A stretch of DNA of 64,000 nucleotides, taken from assembly GCA_051362555.1 (NCBI GenBank), contig CM120644.1, forward strand, positions 11,678,567-11,742,566, read 5' to 3'. The notes below the pieces were generated by a model. The model worked only from the letters and a program-made list of their open reading frames with translations, searched no databases and was not told the origin of the DNA. Shown here piece by piece: positions 24,660 through 35,785 of the stretch. Source of the DNA: Lingula anatina. Lineage: Eukaryota; Animalia; Brachiopoda. Made by a program: the position numbers and the translations under genes. Numbering within the stretch: position 1 is the first letter of the stretch; each line of letters opens with the position of its first letter.

Positions 24660-25552
24660 TATGGTTACTGCTTAGACAAGTATTAGGAAACGAAAAAAAA
24701 ATCAATTGAAATAATATTTTCTTTATGATCTAAAGACCGCTTCCAGTTAAAGTTAGAGCATATGTCACAGAGGTAGGCTATAAATAGTTTTGATTTAGGG
24801 GACACACGTTAACAGTTGAAGGTGACTCTGGGACGAATTTCTATATTCGCCAGTCGTCTTCAGGAAGGCAATCAAGATGAAAGAATAAACAGAGCTACGT
24901 TTTTTTTATAGTTGTCTTTATCAACGGATGAGCTCACTGTTCGTCTTTCATTTTCATAGATTTCATAGATTTATGTGAATTTGTTGCGTATACAGATTAT
25001 TTTTTAAGTTGAGGAGTTAGGGTTTGTAAAATTGTGGACACAGTTTTCGGTATCTACATGTGTAGCTTCGACGCTGAGACTGTCAGTGATACCTGATACC
25101 CAACCCCCTCACTAAATGATACATTTAGTACAATGTAATATGACAAAGCAACATGGCTGAAAACTAAGAACTGTAATATGTTCAGTCCGTTTAGATATTA
25201 TACATGAAATAAAAATATAATTATAAGCGATAGTACCAACAGCCACATTCTCCACTTATTATTTACAGAAATACAGTAGATTATTCCAAAACGTTGCAGA
25301 TGACTCGGCTGCCCTTTTCACAATGTGCGTTACACTTATCTGTACCCAAACACTTTGAAATAGTGACAAACGATTATCACGGCCGTTATTTAACGGAAGC
25401 ACCTTAAACAGAGCCCCCGCGCTTGACACGAGCAGATGCACGTATTAATTTGAATTAGTTCAAGAAGAGCGAACTTGTGAGAGAGAGAGTGAAATCCCCG
25501 TGGTGTATTTTCACGTGAGTTACTCAGATCATTACCAGTCCAAGTGTTTTGG

Positions 25553-25686
25553 TACCCTCTACCAGGGTGGCAGATTATATAGGGAAAAACGGGAAAAGCC
25601 ACCGCTAGACAAATGGCTGTTTGTTTATCTAGAGACATATCAGTGAATATCTGTGAAAAATCAGTCTGTCGCCCTGCTAGAGAGAA
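25553..25686. mobile_element. MITE with >=9-bp TSD (Mutator-like); second copy at 35591-35785
   Basis: Imperfect TIRs TACCCTCTACCAGGGTGGCAGA / TCTGTCGCCCTGCTAGAGAG; flanking direct repeat AAGTGTTTTGGTAC; internal sequence is the reverse complement of 35591-35700. Confidence 0.7.
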
Positions 25687-27266
25687 GTGTTTTGGTACAG
25701 GTAAGGGTACAAGTAACGATGCGAAAGGGCCCTGCGATAAAATCTCACATGTGTAAAACAATCCTTTTTGTTCTGCGGTATGCAAGCTGAGTATGTAAAT
25801 GGAATGACACAGAAGGTACAAGTCATTATACACGTGCAGTAGGCGGCATTAATAATAAAGATATTTGCAAATGTAACATTTTTTTATAAGAAACAGCACA
25901 TAATTATTCACGTTTTACTAACATTTCTAAATCTGATACAATTGTAGAGATGCAGGCATTATATAGGACAGGTCTGACATAATGTGAGGAATAATATAAA
26001 GAATTTCCCTTAAAATAATAAAAAATAACTAATATAAATAACTGGATCGAAAGTAAAGTTGATGTACGTACACTATTGACCTTTTACCCCTTTTGCAAAG
26101 CCGATTACACAGTATTGAACTTAACATGCTTGTTAAAATTGCTATTTCAATAAAAAGTAATCTATTATATGTACTTGTCTTCATTTGATTTTACATGTAC
26201 CAAAGCACTTGCCGTGCGTACTAAAATTGAATATGAATTTCTTCATCGTTTTCAACTAATTTTTCTTTCTCTTTAAAGTGAAGTAATTTCATATTCAATT
26301 TTGCTGAGAAAACCAAATGATAGTTTGAAGTAAGTAACAAGTATATACCTTCTATTTTTTTTTATTTGTCTCTGAATGGCAGATTCTGCCTGAATCATTC
26401 TGTATGCCGTTCAGTATCCCGAATGAATTTTAGACTATTTGATGAGCAAACGTCTGATGAATCTGATGAAAAATAATAAGTTTGTCGTCACTTGTATGGC
26501 AAGAGGCTATTACCAGCGTCGTTCTGGCGACATGGCCCAATATTCCATCTAACTAAAAACGTTAAATCTAAATATTAAGAAACTTCCTGCATAAGTATTA
26601 TTCTTCAAAGGAATGTTCATGAGTTTTTTGTTAGCAAAGATCGTCTTTTGTTCTGAGGTGTAGGGTACTTTTCAGTTTGGAAGTCGACAGAAAGATGGGC
26701 TGCCGGTACTAGAAAATCACCAAATATTTGGGTTGTCTTAGGGATGACTTCTTTGATAAAACGGTGCACAAATTCGTATCATATATCATATCTGTGAGGA
26801 ATTCAAAAGTCCAACAGAAGACAAAACAGTGTTACTTGTTCTGATATGCGACAAGCGACGAAAGCACGCGTCTTCAGTCTGGCGGTAGCTTGGAAATGAG
26901 AATGACACATGGGCCTAAAATCTTATAACAGTTTATAAATTTTCCTACAAACCTCCATACTTATTTGTAATTAACTAAACGTGATTTCCTGTGTTCATTA
27001 GTTTTGATACGAAGGCAGCTATGTTATGACACAAGGGGCCTCGGAATCATACCAGTTATCAGCGTGCCAAATTTCTGACTTATCCTGAAAATTTCATCAA
27101 CCTCGATGCATAATTTTTGAGTGAGGCTGCCGACAGACCTCCGCCAAGGTCTGTAAACTGATAAATTGTGTTAGATGAGAACACATTCATTGCACAACGC
27201 GTAAATATTTCCGACTTATCCTGAAAATTATCAAAATCCCTGCATAATGATTTATGTAAGGCTTCC

Positions 27267-27546
27267 CGCAAGAAAATGCAGTAGTATCGAAGTAGCAAAG
27301 AAGCATTAACGCAGTAGTGGTGTGGAGCATATTTGCAGTAGAAATGCAGTATAGCCTACTGCAATTCTACTTCAATAATTACATAGGGTTGTACAGAGGA
27401 GGAGCATTAATGCAGTAGATTAGCAGCATGATAGAAGCATGTTTCAAATATGCTAATTAGCTCCCACATCGAAGCAGATTTGAAGCATGTTTGCAGTATG
27501 ATTGCAGTAGTCTACTGCGGTGGAGTATCTACTTCGTTTTCGTGCG
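27267..27546. mobile_element. MITE nested in the first HINE-like copy
   Basis: Absent from the paralogous copy at ~28455; imperfect TIRs CGCAAGAAAATGCAGTAG / CTACTTCGTTTTCGTGCG; internal GCAGTAG repeats. Confidence 0.65.
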
Positions 27547-27683
27547 TTTTCGTTTTCGTTTTCGTTCGTAATTACGACAAACAAAGCCATAACAGACAAA
27601 TGGAGCTGAATACTAAACTTCCTTGGCGGAGGTGATAAAAATATATTAACAAAGGGACAGGATTCAAGAAAAAGCAATCATAT

Positions 27684-27756
27684 CGCCCAATGTGGGGCTC
27701 GAACCCACGACCCTGGGATTAAGAGTCCCATGCTCTACCGACTGAGCTAACCGGGC
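27684..27756 (-). tRNA. tRNA-Lys (CTT)
   Basis: Reverse complement GCCCGGTTAGCTCAGTCGGTAGAGCATGGGACTCTTAATCCCAGGGTCGTGGGTTCGAGCCCCACATTGGGCG; full cloverleaf, A and B boxes, T5 terminator ~11 nt downstream. Confidence 0.97.
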
Positions 27757-27790
27757 TGTGCACACCTTCCAAATCGGTCCTTTTCAGGGC

Positions 27791-28043
27791 CACTGGCCGC
27801 ATTCAGAACAAATGATCAGCTGACTAAATATGGCCAACACCACTTAAAAACAAACCGCCTCCACATGTGTCATTTAACGGATAAAACCTCGGCTCCCAGG
27901 TTTAATTGCTAAGCCCCTGCAACTCCTTGAGGAGGCGAGGTGACAATCAGGTGATTTGTCGGCAATTGCTTTTGAGTCGGCCTGCCATATTTAATCAGCT
28001 TATCTATTAGTCAGCAGATCAAATTTTCTGAATGCGCCCAATG
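27791..28043. mobile_element. MITE with ~37-bp TIRs upstream of tRNA copy 1 (paralogous copy 28674-28946)
   Basis: CACTGGCCGCATTCAGAACAAATGATCAGCTGACTAA is inverted relative to TTAGTCAGCAGATCAAATTTTCTGAATGCGCCCAATG. Confidence 0.75.
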
Positions 28044-28309
28044 TTAGCGATGTATTTTTGCCATTTATCTGGTGCGGTTTATTTTGAAGTTACAGATGTT
28101 TTATATAGGGCTAAATATATAACAAAAATTAAAGTAAATTATTATATATAAAAGAAGGCAATAATTAAAAAAAGAAATACTATGGTTGCAATGGTCGCTA
28201 GGACCCACAATAATAGTTTGTTTGGACGTAGTTTTGACACACTGGTCCTTTGAGGTATGCTTTTTGTTTCAAAGGAGGGATGAATATCTATGTAACCACT
28301 GAATGCAGC

Positions 28310-28520
28310 AAAGCACTCAGAGAGCGCAGACCTCCGCCAAGGACTGTACACTGATAAATTGTGTTAGTTGAGAGCACATTCATTGCACAACGCGTAAATA
28401 TTTCCGACTTATCCTGAAAATTATCAATATCCATGCATAATTTTTGCGTAAAGCTGACCAAAAACAAAGTCATAACAGACAAACGGAGCTGAATACTTAA
28501 CCTCCTTGGGGGAGGTGATA
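28310..28520 (-). mobile_element. Short Helentron-associated (HINE/DINE-like) repeat; related copies at ~27133-27635 and 44408-44638
   Basis: Ends AAAGCACTCAGAGAGCGCAGACCTCCGCCAAGG ... AACCTCCTTGG(C/G)GGAGGTGAT; subterminal inverted repeat CCTCCGCCAAGG/CCTTGGCGGAGG and a terminal hairpin. Confidence 0.6.
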
Positions 28521-28566
28521 TAAATATATTAGCGAGGGGACAGGATTGAACAAAGAGCAATCAAAT

Positions 28567-28639
28567 CGCCCAATGTGGGGCTCGAACCCACGACCCTGGG
28601 ATTAAGAGTCCCATGCTCTACCGACTGAGCTAACCGGGC
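28567..28639 (-). tRNA. tRNA-Lys (CTT), second identical copy
   Basis: 73 nt identical to 27684-27756. Confidence 0.95.
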
Positions 28640-29173
28640 TGTGCACGACCACAATAACCATCATTTCCAGCGCCACTGGCCGCATTCAGAACAGATGATC
28701 CGCTGACTAAATATGGCGGACCAAACTAAAAAACATGACGCCTAATCCTCTGATGATCTGCCTCCAGACGTGCCAATAAAACCTCGGCTCCCTGGTATAA
28801 TTACTAGCAGCCTGCAGCGACGGCGCTTGTGGAGGCTAGGAGACCATCAGGTGATATGTCGGCAATTGCTTTTAAGTGGGTCCGCCATATTTGGTCGGCA
28901 TATATATATTAGTCCGCGGAACAAATTGTTCTGAATGTCCCCAATGTTAGAGATGTATTTTTGCCATTTATCTAGTGCAGGTACTTTTGATGTGACAGAT
29001 GTTATATAGGGGTAAATATATAACAAAATAGGCAAAATAGGAAAAAACCGATGAAAAATGATTTGGAAAAAAATATTCCATATTAAATGTCAAGTCTGTA
29101 TAAGGGAAGAGAATAATAATTTAAAAAATGCTATGGTTGTAGGCCCTAATGGTTGCTAGGACCTAGTTTTCAC

Positions 29174-29372
29174 TACTTAGGAACTTAAAGTACACAAGAA
29201 TCGACAATAACTTGAGAAACAAAAATAACAACCCCAAAATATTTGTTAACGCTTTCTTGCTGGAAATGCCATCCGCCATTCTAGCTTTAGAAGTGCATTG
29301 ATAAGTCTTGTCAGGAAAAAGACTTGCCTTCACCAGTTGTAAAATATTCTCTTCCTACTAATTTGGAATTCT
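29174..29372 (+). pseudogene. Degenerate fragment of a TLR paralog (LRR region)
   Basis: Aligns with 31277-31477 of the intact TLR (GGAACTTAAAGTAC.C.AGAATCGACAATAACTTGAG ... TTGCCTTCACCA.TTG.AAAATATT.TCTTCCT ... TTTGGAATTCT) with indels. Confidence 0.8.
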
Positions 29373-30126
29373 AATCAAGGACATTACAAGGACGTGCTAT
29401 GCTCATTACCAATATTTGGCTACCCCATTGCACTCTCCGTGGTGGCACCTGCCAATTTCCTGAATATTTCCTTAGCGGAATACATTATCAAAATTTTCCA
29501 AACTGACTGGTGATACCGGCTTTGAAATCAGCTGGTCTGTTCGTTACATTAAGTGTAAGTCCAATGGGCAAAGAGACATTTTTCAAAAAAGTGGTGGTAG
29601 AAATACTTCGGGGCCAATAAAACCTGCTGTTGAACATTCTTTCTGCATGACATTTCCACAGGAATTGTTTACGCTCTGCATGCCGGGTAAAAGGGCAAAC
29701 TTCAGGTTTTGTTCCATAATCCGGGCTCGTCCCACAATGCGGGGCTCGATGCTGACCTTTTTCTGGGTTAAGCTGATCGACCTGCCTTTATTCCACCATT
29801 CAGGACGTAATCTCAACTTACGTTGATCAAATTTTATTAAGAACAGAAATACAAATATGTACTAAAGCATGAATAAGCCTTACAAAAAAAGAAAGGTGTG
29901 GCCATTTTATGTTCATGTTCAAAAGACAAGGAAAGTTAAGGGCTCATTGAAAGGAGCAGAAGAGAGAACGTTAGAAGTACATTACAGCTCAACATACAGG
30001 AAAATTGCCCACAAAGTCTCTTAAGACATTTTGGCATATAACACGGCTCCACCAACGCCACTCTGTGTGCAGTAGTCACGATAGTATACCATACTAGTAT
30101 CAACACTATAAAGCTGGATACAAACC

Positions 30127-33100
30127 ATGTACCTTGCATCAGGACCAGCAGGGGTTAACATTTGCATTATATTATTTTTGTTGATCTCTTGCAATAGCAG
30201 TACTAGTACAAGTAGTACTGATGATGGAGACAGTTTTTTAAGAAACTGTCCAAAAGAATGCCGATGCTTCAGCACATCGCCGTCTTACCACACAGTTGAT
30301 TGCTCCGGGAGGTCCATCAGATCCATACCCCTGGGGATTCCACGTAATACAACCGTCTTAGACCTACGAAACATCGGTCTTTCTGAAATACCGCCATTTG
30401 CATTTAGTCATCTGAAGAGTCTAAAAGTTCTTTACATAGGAGGAAATAGCATAACAGCATTCAACGAGGACAGCTTTGCGGGTTTAAAGGTATTGGAACA
30501 TTTGAATTTGTTTCCAACTCATCCAGGTATGAATATCGATTATACTGCCTTCCCTCCATCTTTGTTTCGTGATTTAACGTCGTTAAAAACCCTTCGTATT
30601 GGTGGAAAGGATTCGGGTATAAATGTTCAACAAGATTACTTAGATCGCACAATGTCACCATTACATCAGTTGGAGGAGTTGTTTCTTTATTATGTGCCTC
30701 ATGGAAATATAACACTTGGTCCTGGATATAGCAATTTATCGTCTCTGAAGACACTAGTTTTCCAAATGCATTCAGGACCTGAGATACAGTTGCGAAAAGA
30801 GGCTTTCGTCTGGTTAAAAAACTGCCCAATCGAAAAACTTGCTTTCATTAACTGCGGCATTAACCGTGCAGAACCAGGCATGCTGTCCATTTTTCCACGT
30901 TTAAAGGTGTTAGATCTGGAGTGCTGTTATTTTCTGTCATCTCAGAATGTGAAAGATTTTATCTGTGGCTTAAAGAACACCTCAATTGAAACCATTCGCA
31001 TGAATAATATCTATGGAATGCGAGATAATGGTGCCGTACTTGTCTCACAATGGACGATATCAGCTACAACATTCAGATGCTTAGAAAATACGTCGCTTAA
31101 AACATTGGAATTGATAAAGAACAGAATAGAATGGTTTGACCTGAATAACTTGCATTACTTTCCGAATTTGGAGTATCTTGATCTGTCTCATAATGTCATG
31201 ATCTTTTTCCCCGTAAATGGAAAGGACAACTATGGGGTAAACAGTGCCTCGGTTAAATTTATTAAAATATTTGCATTACTAAGGAACTTAAAGTACGCGA
31301 GAATCGACAATAACTTGAGGAACAAAAATAAGAACCCTCCAAGATGTAAATTAACGCATTCTTTTTGGAAAGGCCATCCATCATTCAAGCTTAAGAAAGG
31401 CGTTGCCGGATCTTTAAATGAAAAGGATTTGCCTTCACCAATTGCAAAATATTTTCTTCCTGCTTCTTTGGAATTCTTGTCGATGAGTTGGTGGTTTGTG
31501 CTGGACGATAAAGGTACAGCTGATTGCACCTTACCGGGAAGTATATATTTTTATCCAAATAAGCTTCGCTTTCTAAGGGTTGAAGGTACTGGTTCAAAGT
31601 CAATCTCTCATGTGGTATATGGATTGGACAATCTGGAGCATTTTGATGCTTCTCATAATATTCTCAGTTGTCTACCAAGAGATTTTTGCAACGGTCACTT
31701 TCCATCTTTGAGGTTCTTAAATGTAGGCGACAACAAACTAGGACCTCTAATAGGTGAGGGTGGAATACATCCAGTAAAACTTCCGAGCTTAGAGTTTTTG
31801 GACTTATCAGTGAATGAGATCAGGACCATCCCTAAGAACTTTTTCAAACACCTTGTCTCCCTTCAACGACTTGTGTTAAGCGGCAACCGCCTTAATACGG
31901 TGTCGTTCAGTATGATAAGCTTTGTGTCTGTGGAATACATAGATCTCAGCAACAACAAACTACAGGCATTTTCATCAGAAGAATTGGAAACTATAGGAAA
32001 GTTAAATTCAAGCTTTACCATTGATTTGAATAACAACGCTGTGAACTGCACCCGTTGCGATGGGAAGGAATTTTTTAAATGGCTTATTTTTTCCAATATT
32101 ACTGTGGCATTTTCCAACAACTCCGATTGCCCTATGAATGGTTCAAAAACGAGTCTGCGGACTACACTGAATGGACTGCGTGAGAAATGTGATGTTGGCA
32201 GTCAAATAACTAAAGCTCAAAATCAGTGGCTGTTCCTCGGGATATCCCTGACCAATATCGCTGGCGTGACGTGCGGTTTGATAGCAGCGTACATTTATCG
32301 CTGGAATATTAAGTATGTTTTAAATATTTCTATATCTTACATGTATGGAGAGAGAGAGAGAGGGGGGTCTGATTTACTCCAAAATGGATCATTTACACCG
32401 CTTTGAGTTACAGATAGTACATAGCTGAGTGGAATTTTAAATCTTTAATAAGTCTCAAAAAAGAAGAAAACACCAGTTCTGTGTCCACGCCACCCCCTAA
32501 AAGTCATTAAGAATGAATTATAATACACAACTTTTTTTCGAGGACGACTGCGGCTGCGGTTTCTTAATGAAAATTATATGTAAAAGGTGTCCTAATTAAA
32601 TAAAGCTAATATTATCTTGCAATTTCTAAATAAATAATTCTTAAATTTTAGATATCGGCTATACCTGGTGCGACGCCGGTTACGTAGACAAGGATTTATT
32701 ACAACCCCGCCCGGTCACGTGTACATTTCATACGATGACGGTGATTATCATTGGGTAGTGAATAGACTTTTACGTCATTTAGAAGAGGAGAACGAGCTTG
32801 ACGTCATCATAGATGAGAGGGATTTTATTGGTGGAGCGTCTCTTGCTGAAGCTATCGTCGAAGCTGTGGATAACAGCAGGAAGACAGTTCTCGTTCTATC
32901 AGAAAATTTCGTGCTAAACTCGTGGTGTGAATTTGAGTTTCAAATGTCATTGGCTCGTGGGTACAACACAGTGATACCAGTCATGTTTCAAACGGTGCCG
33001 TTTGATACCATGACGAAATCGCTTCGGAAATTCATTAAGGCAAGAGGCTATGTAAAGTGGACAGACAGTCAAACAGGACAACGTTTGTTTTGGAAACGTC

Positions 33101-33174
33101 TCAAGGATGCCATTCTTGACATAAATAATCACCTTGTCCTAAATGACGAAAATGACGACACTGAGATGCTGTAA
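30127..33174 (+). CDS. TLR: Toll-like receptor (single-cysteine-cluster type; signal, LRRNT, LRRs, LRRCT, TM, TIR), ~902 aa
   Basis: Exon 1 30127-32312 and exon 2 32652-33174 join in phase 2 (WNIK|YRLYL). LRRNT CPKECRC..VDCSGR, many LxxLxLxxN repeats, TM WLFLGISL..IAAYIYRW, TIR with VYISY, RDFIGG, SRKTVLVLS.NF...WC.FE, FWKRL. Confidence 0.95.
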
Positions 33175-34176
33175 CAGTCACATATTTTATCTGACAGATT
33201 CTGCAGAAAAATGTAAAAAGAAAGAAACAATACCCTTGGGATAGTCTGATATATGAAAAACTATGAATGGTGTATTTTCGTTGTGTATCAGATGTTACAT
33301 CTGTATTATTTTGCATTTGTGTTCATATGTGTGCATCGTGACCACCGTCAACATAGTAATGCATATGCGTGATAGTAGGAAGTCGGATAAATGGGGCTGT
33401 ACATCATATTGGATAAATTTTAATGATCTGTTCAATTTCGTTTCCATTTCGCCAAATTTGTCACGGGTATCGTCAGCTTCCATTAATTATTTCAAACACT
33501 AGAATCTGACGCTTCATTACATCTCTTTTTTATCCCTGGTAGTGGAGAGTGGGGACTATACGGGCGGGTGTATGCATATATCAGCTTCTTTTAGTTATAG
33601 GTACACAGTTATATGTTAAAGTTATGTTAAACAGGATTTTCCTGCTTAAAGCCCTTTGCTTTTGAGATTTGGAAACAGATAGCATTGGTTTAAGATAAAC
33701 ATGGGAAGAAGAAATTAATACCAGTGATTAAGTCCAGATGTAAAATATATGACAAATATTTGTTTAAACTTGTATATTCTCATATTCTGAAATCTGCAAG
33801 CAACGTAAAAATACACAATAAGTACTGTGAATTGATCACTGTTGAATCCAAGCAGGCTGCATGTTAAATTTTTTAAAATAAAAAGTAAAAAAACTATCTA
33901 TATTTAGGCCTATCTAGGACTATCTATATTTAGGAAAACATTTGAGTAAAGATACAGTTGTCCTTATACCGGTCTCTTTTATATTCCGGAAGCAAAAGTG
34001 TTTGTTAAACATGGTTTATTGTCGGAATCACTCTTTCCTATATATGTTAATGCAAGTTAATTACATTTACTCCACTAAGCCTTTTTGTAGATATTGTTTG
34101 AAATAGGATGACATTATCGGAGGAAATAAAACATCTCAGAAACACTAATACTACTGGTAGACTTTCATGACACTAG

Positions 34177-34178
<2 letters not shown>

Positions 34179-34210
<32 letters not shown>

Positions 34211-35035
34211 TTATTCGAGCATTAAATGTGGCAGTTACATTTGTTAGCCCTCTATACTACAAATATATAAATAAATAAATAGTTATACATCACTATGGAT
34301 TACTACTAATACAGTGTTTAAGATTATTAATTACAGTGTATACGTTGTTTAAAATACTTATTACAATTGTAAATAGTTCAATACACTGAGGGAACACACA
34401 TTTTCTTTGATAGGCTTATAGCTATATGTATCTAATGTGCCATACTTATGGTTCATATAATATATAGCAGGATGAGGCTACTTCAGTGTGGCAGATGCTC
34501 ATTTCTTTTGGAAATTGCCCTCTGAATGTTTTTACCAACAGCGTACAGTTCTTTCTCATTTTCTGGGCTTAGTATGATTTTAACCTTCTCGTCACTGCTT
34601 GCTAGGTGATGCATGTCACATTTAGGGAATTGTTTTAACATGCCCTCCCTCTCTTTTACATGGTGTCTACATTCTAGTAGGAAGTGCACTTCGTCCTCGA
34701 TTGCAGGACAGTGGGGACAGAATCGTTCCTCGCGTGGTGTTTTAGGTCTGGTGTAGCGTCCTCTTTCCATTTCCAGAATATGATCACTGACTCTAATTTT
34801 AGCCACTTCCCTTTTTAATGACTGAGGGGCATTAGTTAGCAGGTACTTTTCAGTTTTGTAGGACTTTTTTATCAGACTGTAAGTTTTTAACTTGGTGCTT
34901 TGAGGATCAGTTAACTCTTCCCAGAACATTTTTTCAATTTTGGCATTGATTTTTTCCTCAATATTGCAATGTGTTTGGATTTGCTGAACCCCTGGGACAT
35001 TTTCACTGTGAAGATTCCAAGTTGTTAACATAGTA
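34179..35035 (-). mobile_element. 3' fragment of a non-LTR retrotransposon (ORF2 C-terminal CCHC region, 3' UTR, (ATT)n tail)
   Basis: ORF 34483..35031 reads KLKTYSLIK..EKYL..KIRVSDHILEMERGRY..R.C..C...EDE.HFLLEC; on the minus strand AATAAA is followed directly by an (ATT)n tail at 34179-34210. No TSD found; clade not determined. Confidence 0.85.
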
Positions 35036-35590
35036 TTAATCAGAGGTCATTAGTGAAAATATTGTGCTACTATTGTTGATTTAATTCTGTATTCGCAACC
35101 TTTGCTGTTTAGTCACTTCCTCGTTACGAAGAACTCGTAAAGCACTCAATCGTCCAATTGCCATTTATTATGACTCAGATCGTCTTCCTTGTACGTGCAT
35201 CTTTTGTTAACGAGTATACAAATGGAGTTTTGTTGACCCCCGTCATATGTTTGACAGAATCCTGCTTTTTACCTTTGTGCTACTGTTTTTTGTTCTTGTC
35301 TAAACGAATAATGGAGACTTCCTATCGACCAGCCCTGGGTAAACCTGATTGGCCATCTTGAAAAGGGTATTGAAACGCTTTGGAGGATATGTCAAGACAC
35401 TTTTCTCAACCTGCTACTTACTTAAGTATGGTGGGGAGGGGTTTTTAAAACAAACCTTGCCATTAAGCCCGTATTTGAGAGTTTGTCTTAGAAAGCTGGT
35501 GTGACGAAACTGAGGGTCCGTGTAACAGAGAATCTACCCTTCATTTAAATTATAGGCTACAGGTTAGCCTGACGTAAGCGAGTCACAATC

Positions 35591-35785
35591 TACCCTTTAC
35601 CAGAGCGACAGATTGAATTTTCATAGATATTCACTGATATGTCTCTAGCTAAATAGACAGTCATTTGGCTCACTGGCTTTTTCATTTTTCCCCTATATAA
35701 ATTTTAATTTTTAAAAATTTATATATTTTTACATTTTTATAATTTATATATTTTTTAAAAAAATGCAACCCTGCCAGAGAGGGTA
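35591..35785. mobile_element. MITE with >=9-bp TSD (same family as 25553-25686, opposite orientation)
   Basis: TACCCTTTACCAG ... CTGCCAGAGAGGGTA ends; direct repeat AGTCACAATCTA at 35581-35592 and 35785-35796. Confidence 0.75.

Larger units (their letters stand above)
27133..29163. repeat. Tandem duplication of a ~0.88-kb unit (HINE-like repeat + tRNA-Lys + MITE)
   Basis: 27133-28205 aligns with 28327-29163; the tRNA copies are 883 bp apart; copy 1 carries an extra ~0.3-kb insertion. Confidence 0.9.

Noticed and set aside
26372-26414. Small hairpin resembling a pre-miRNA
   Set aside because: Only a ~10-bp outer stem with a branched interior; too short.
32313-32406. TIR-less end of the 759-aa LRR ORF as a separate gene
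   Set aside because: A good phase-2 GT-AG intron (32313-32651) links it to the TIR exon; an intron-retained isoform is possible but unsupported here.
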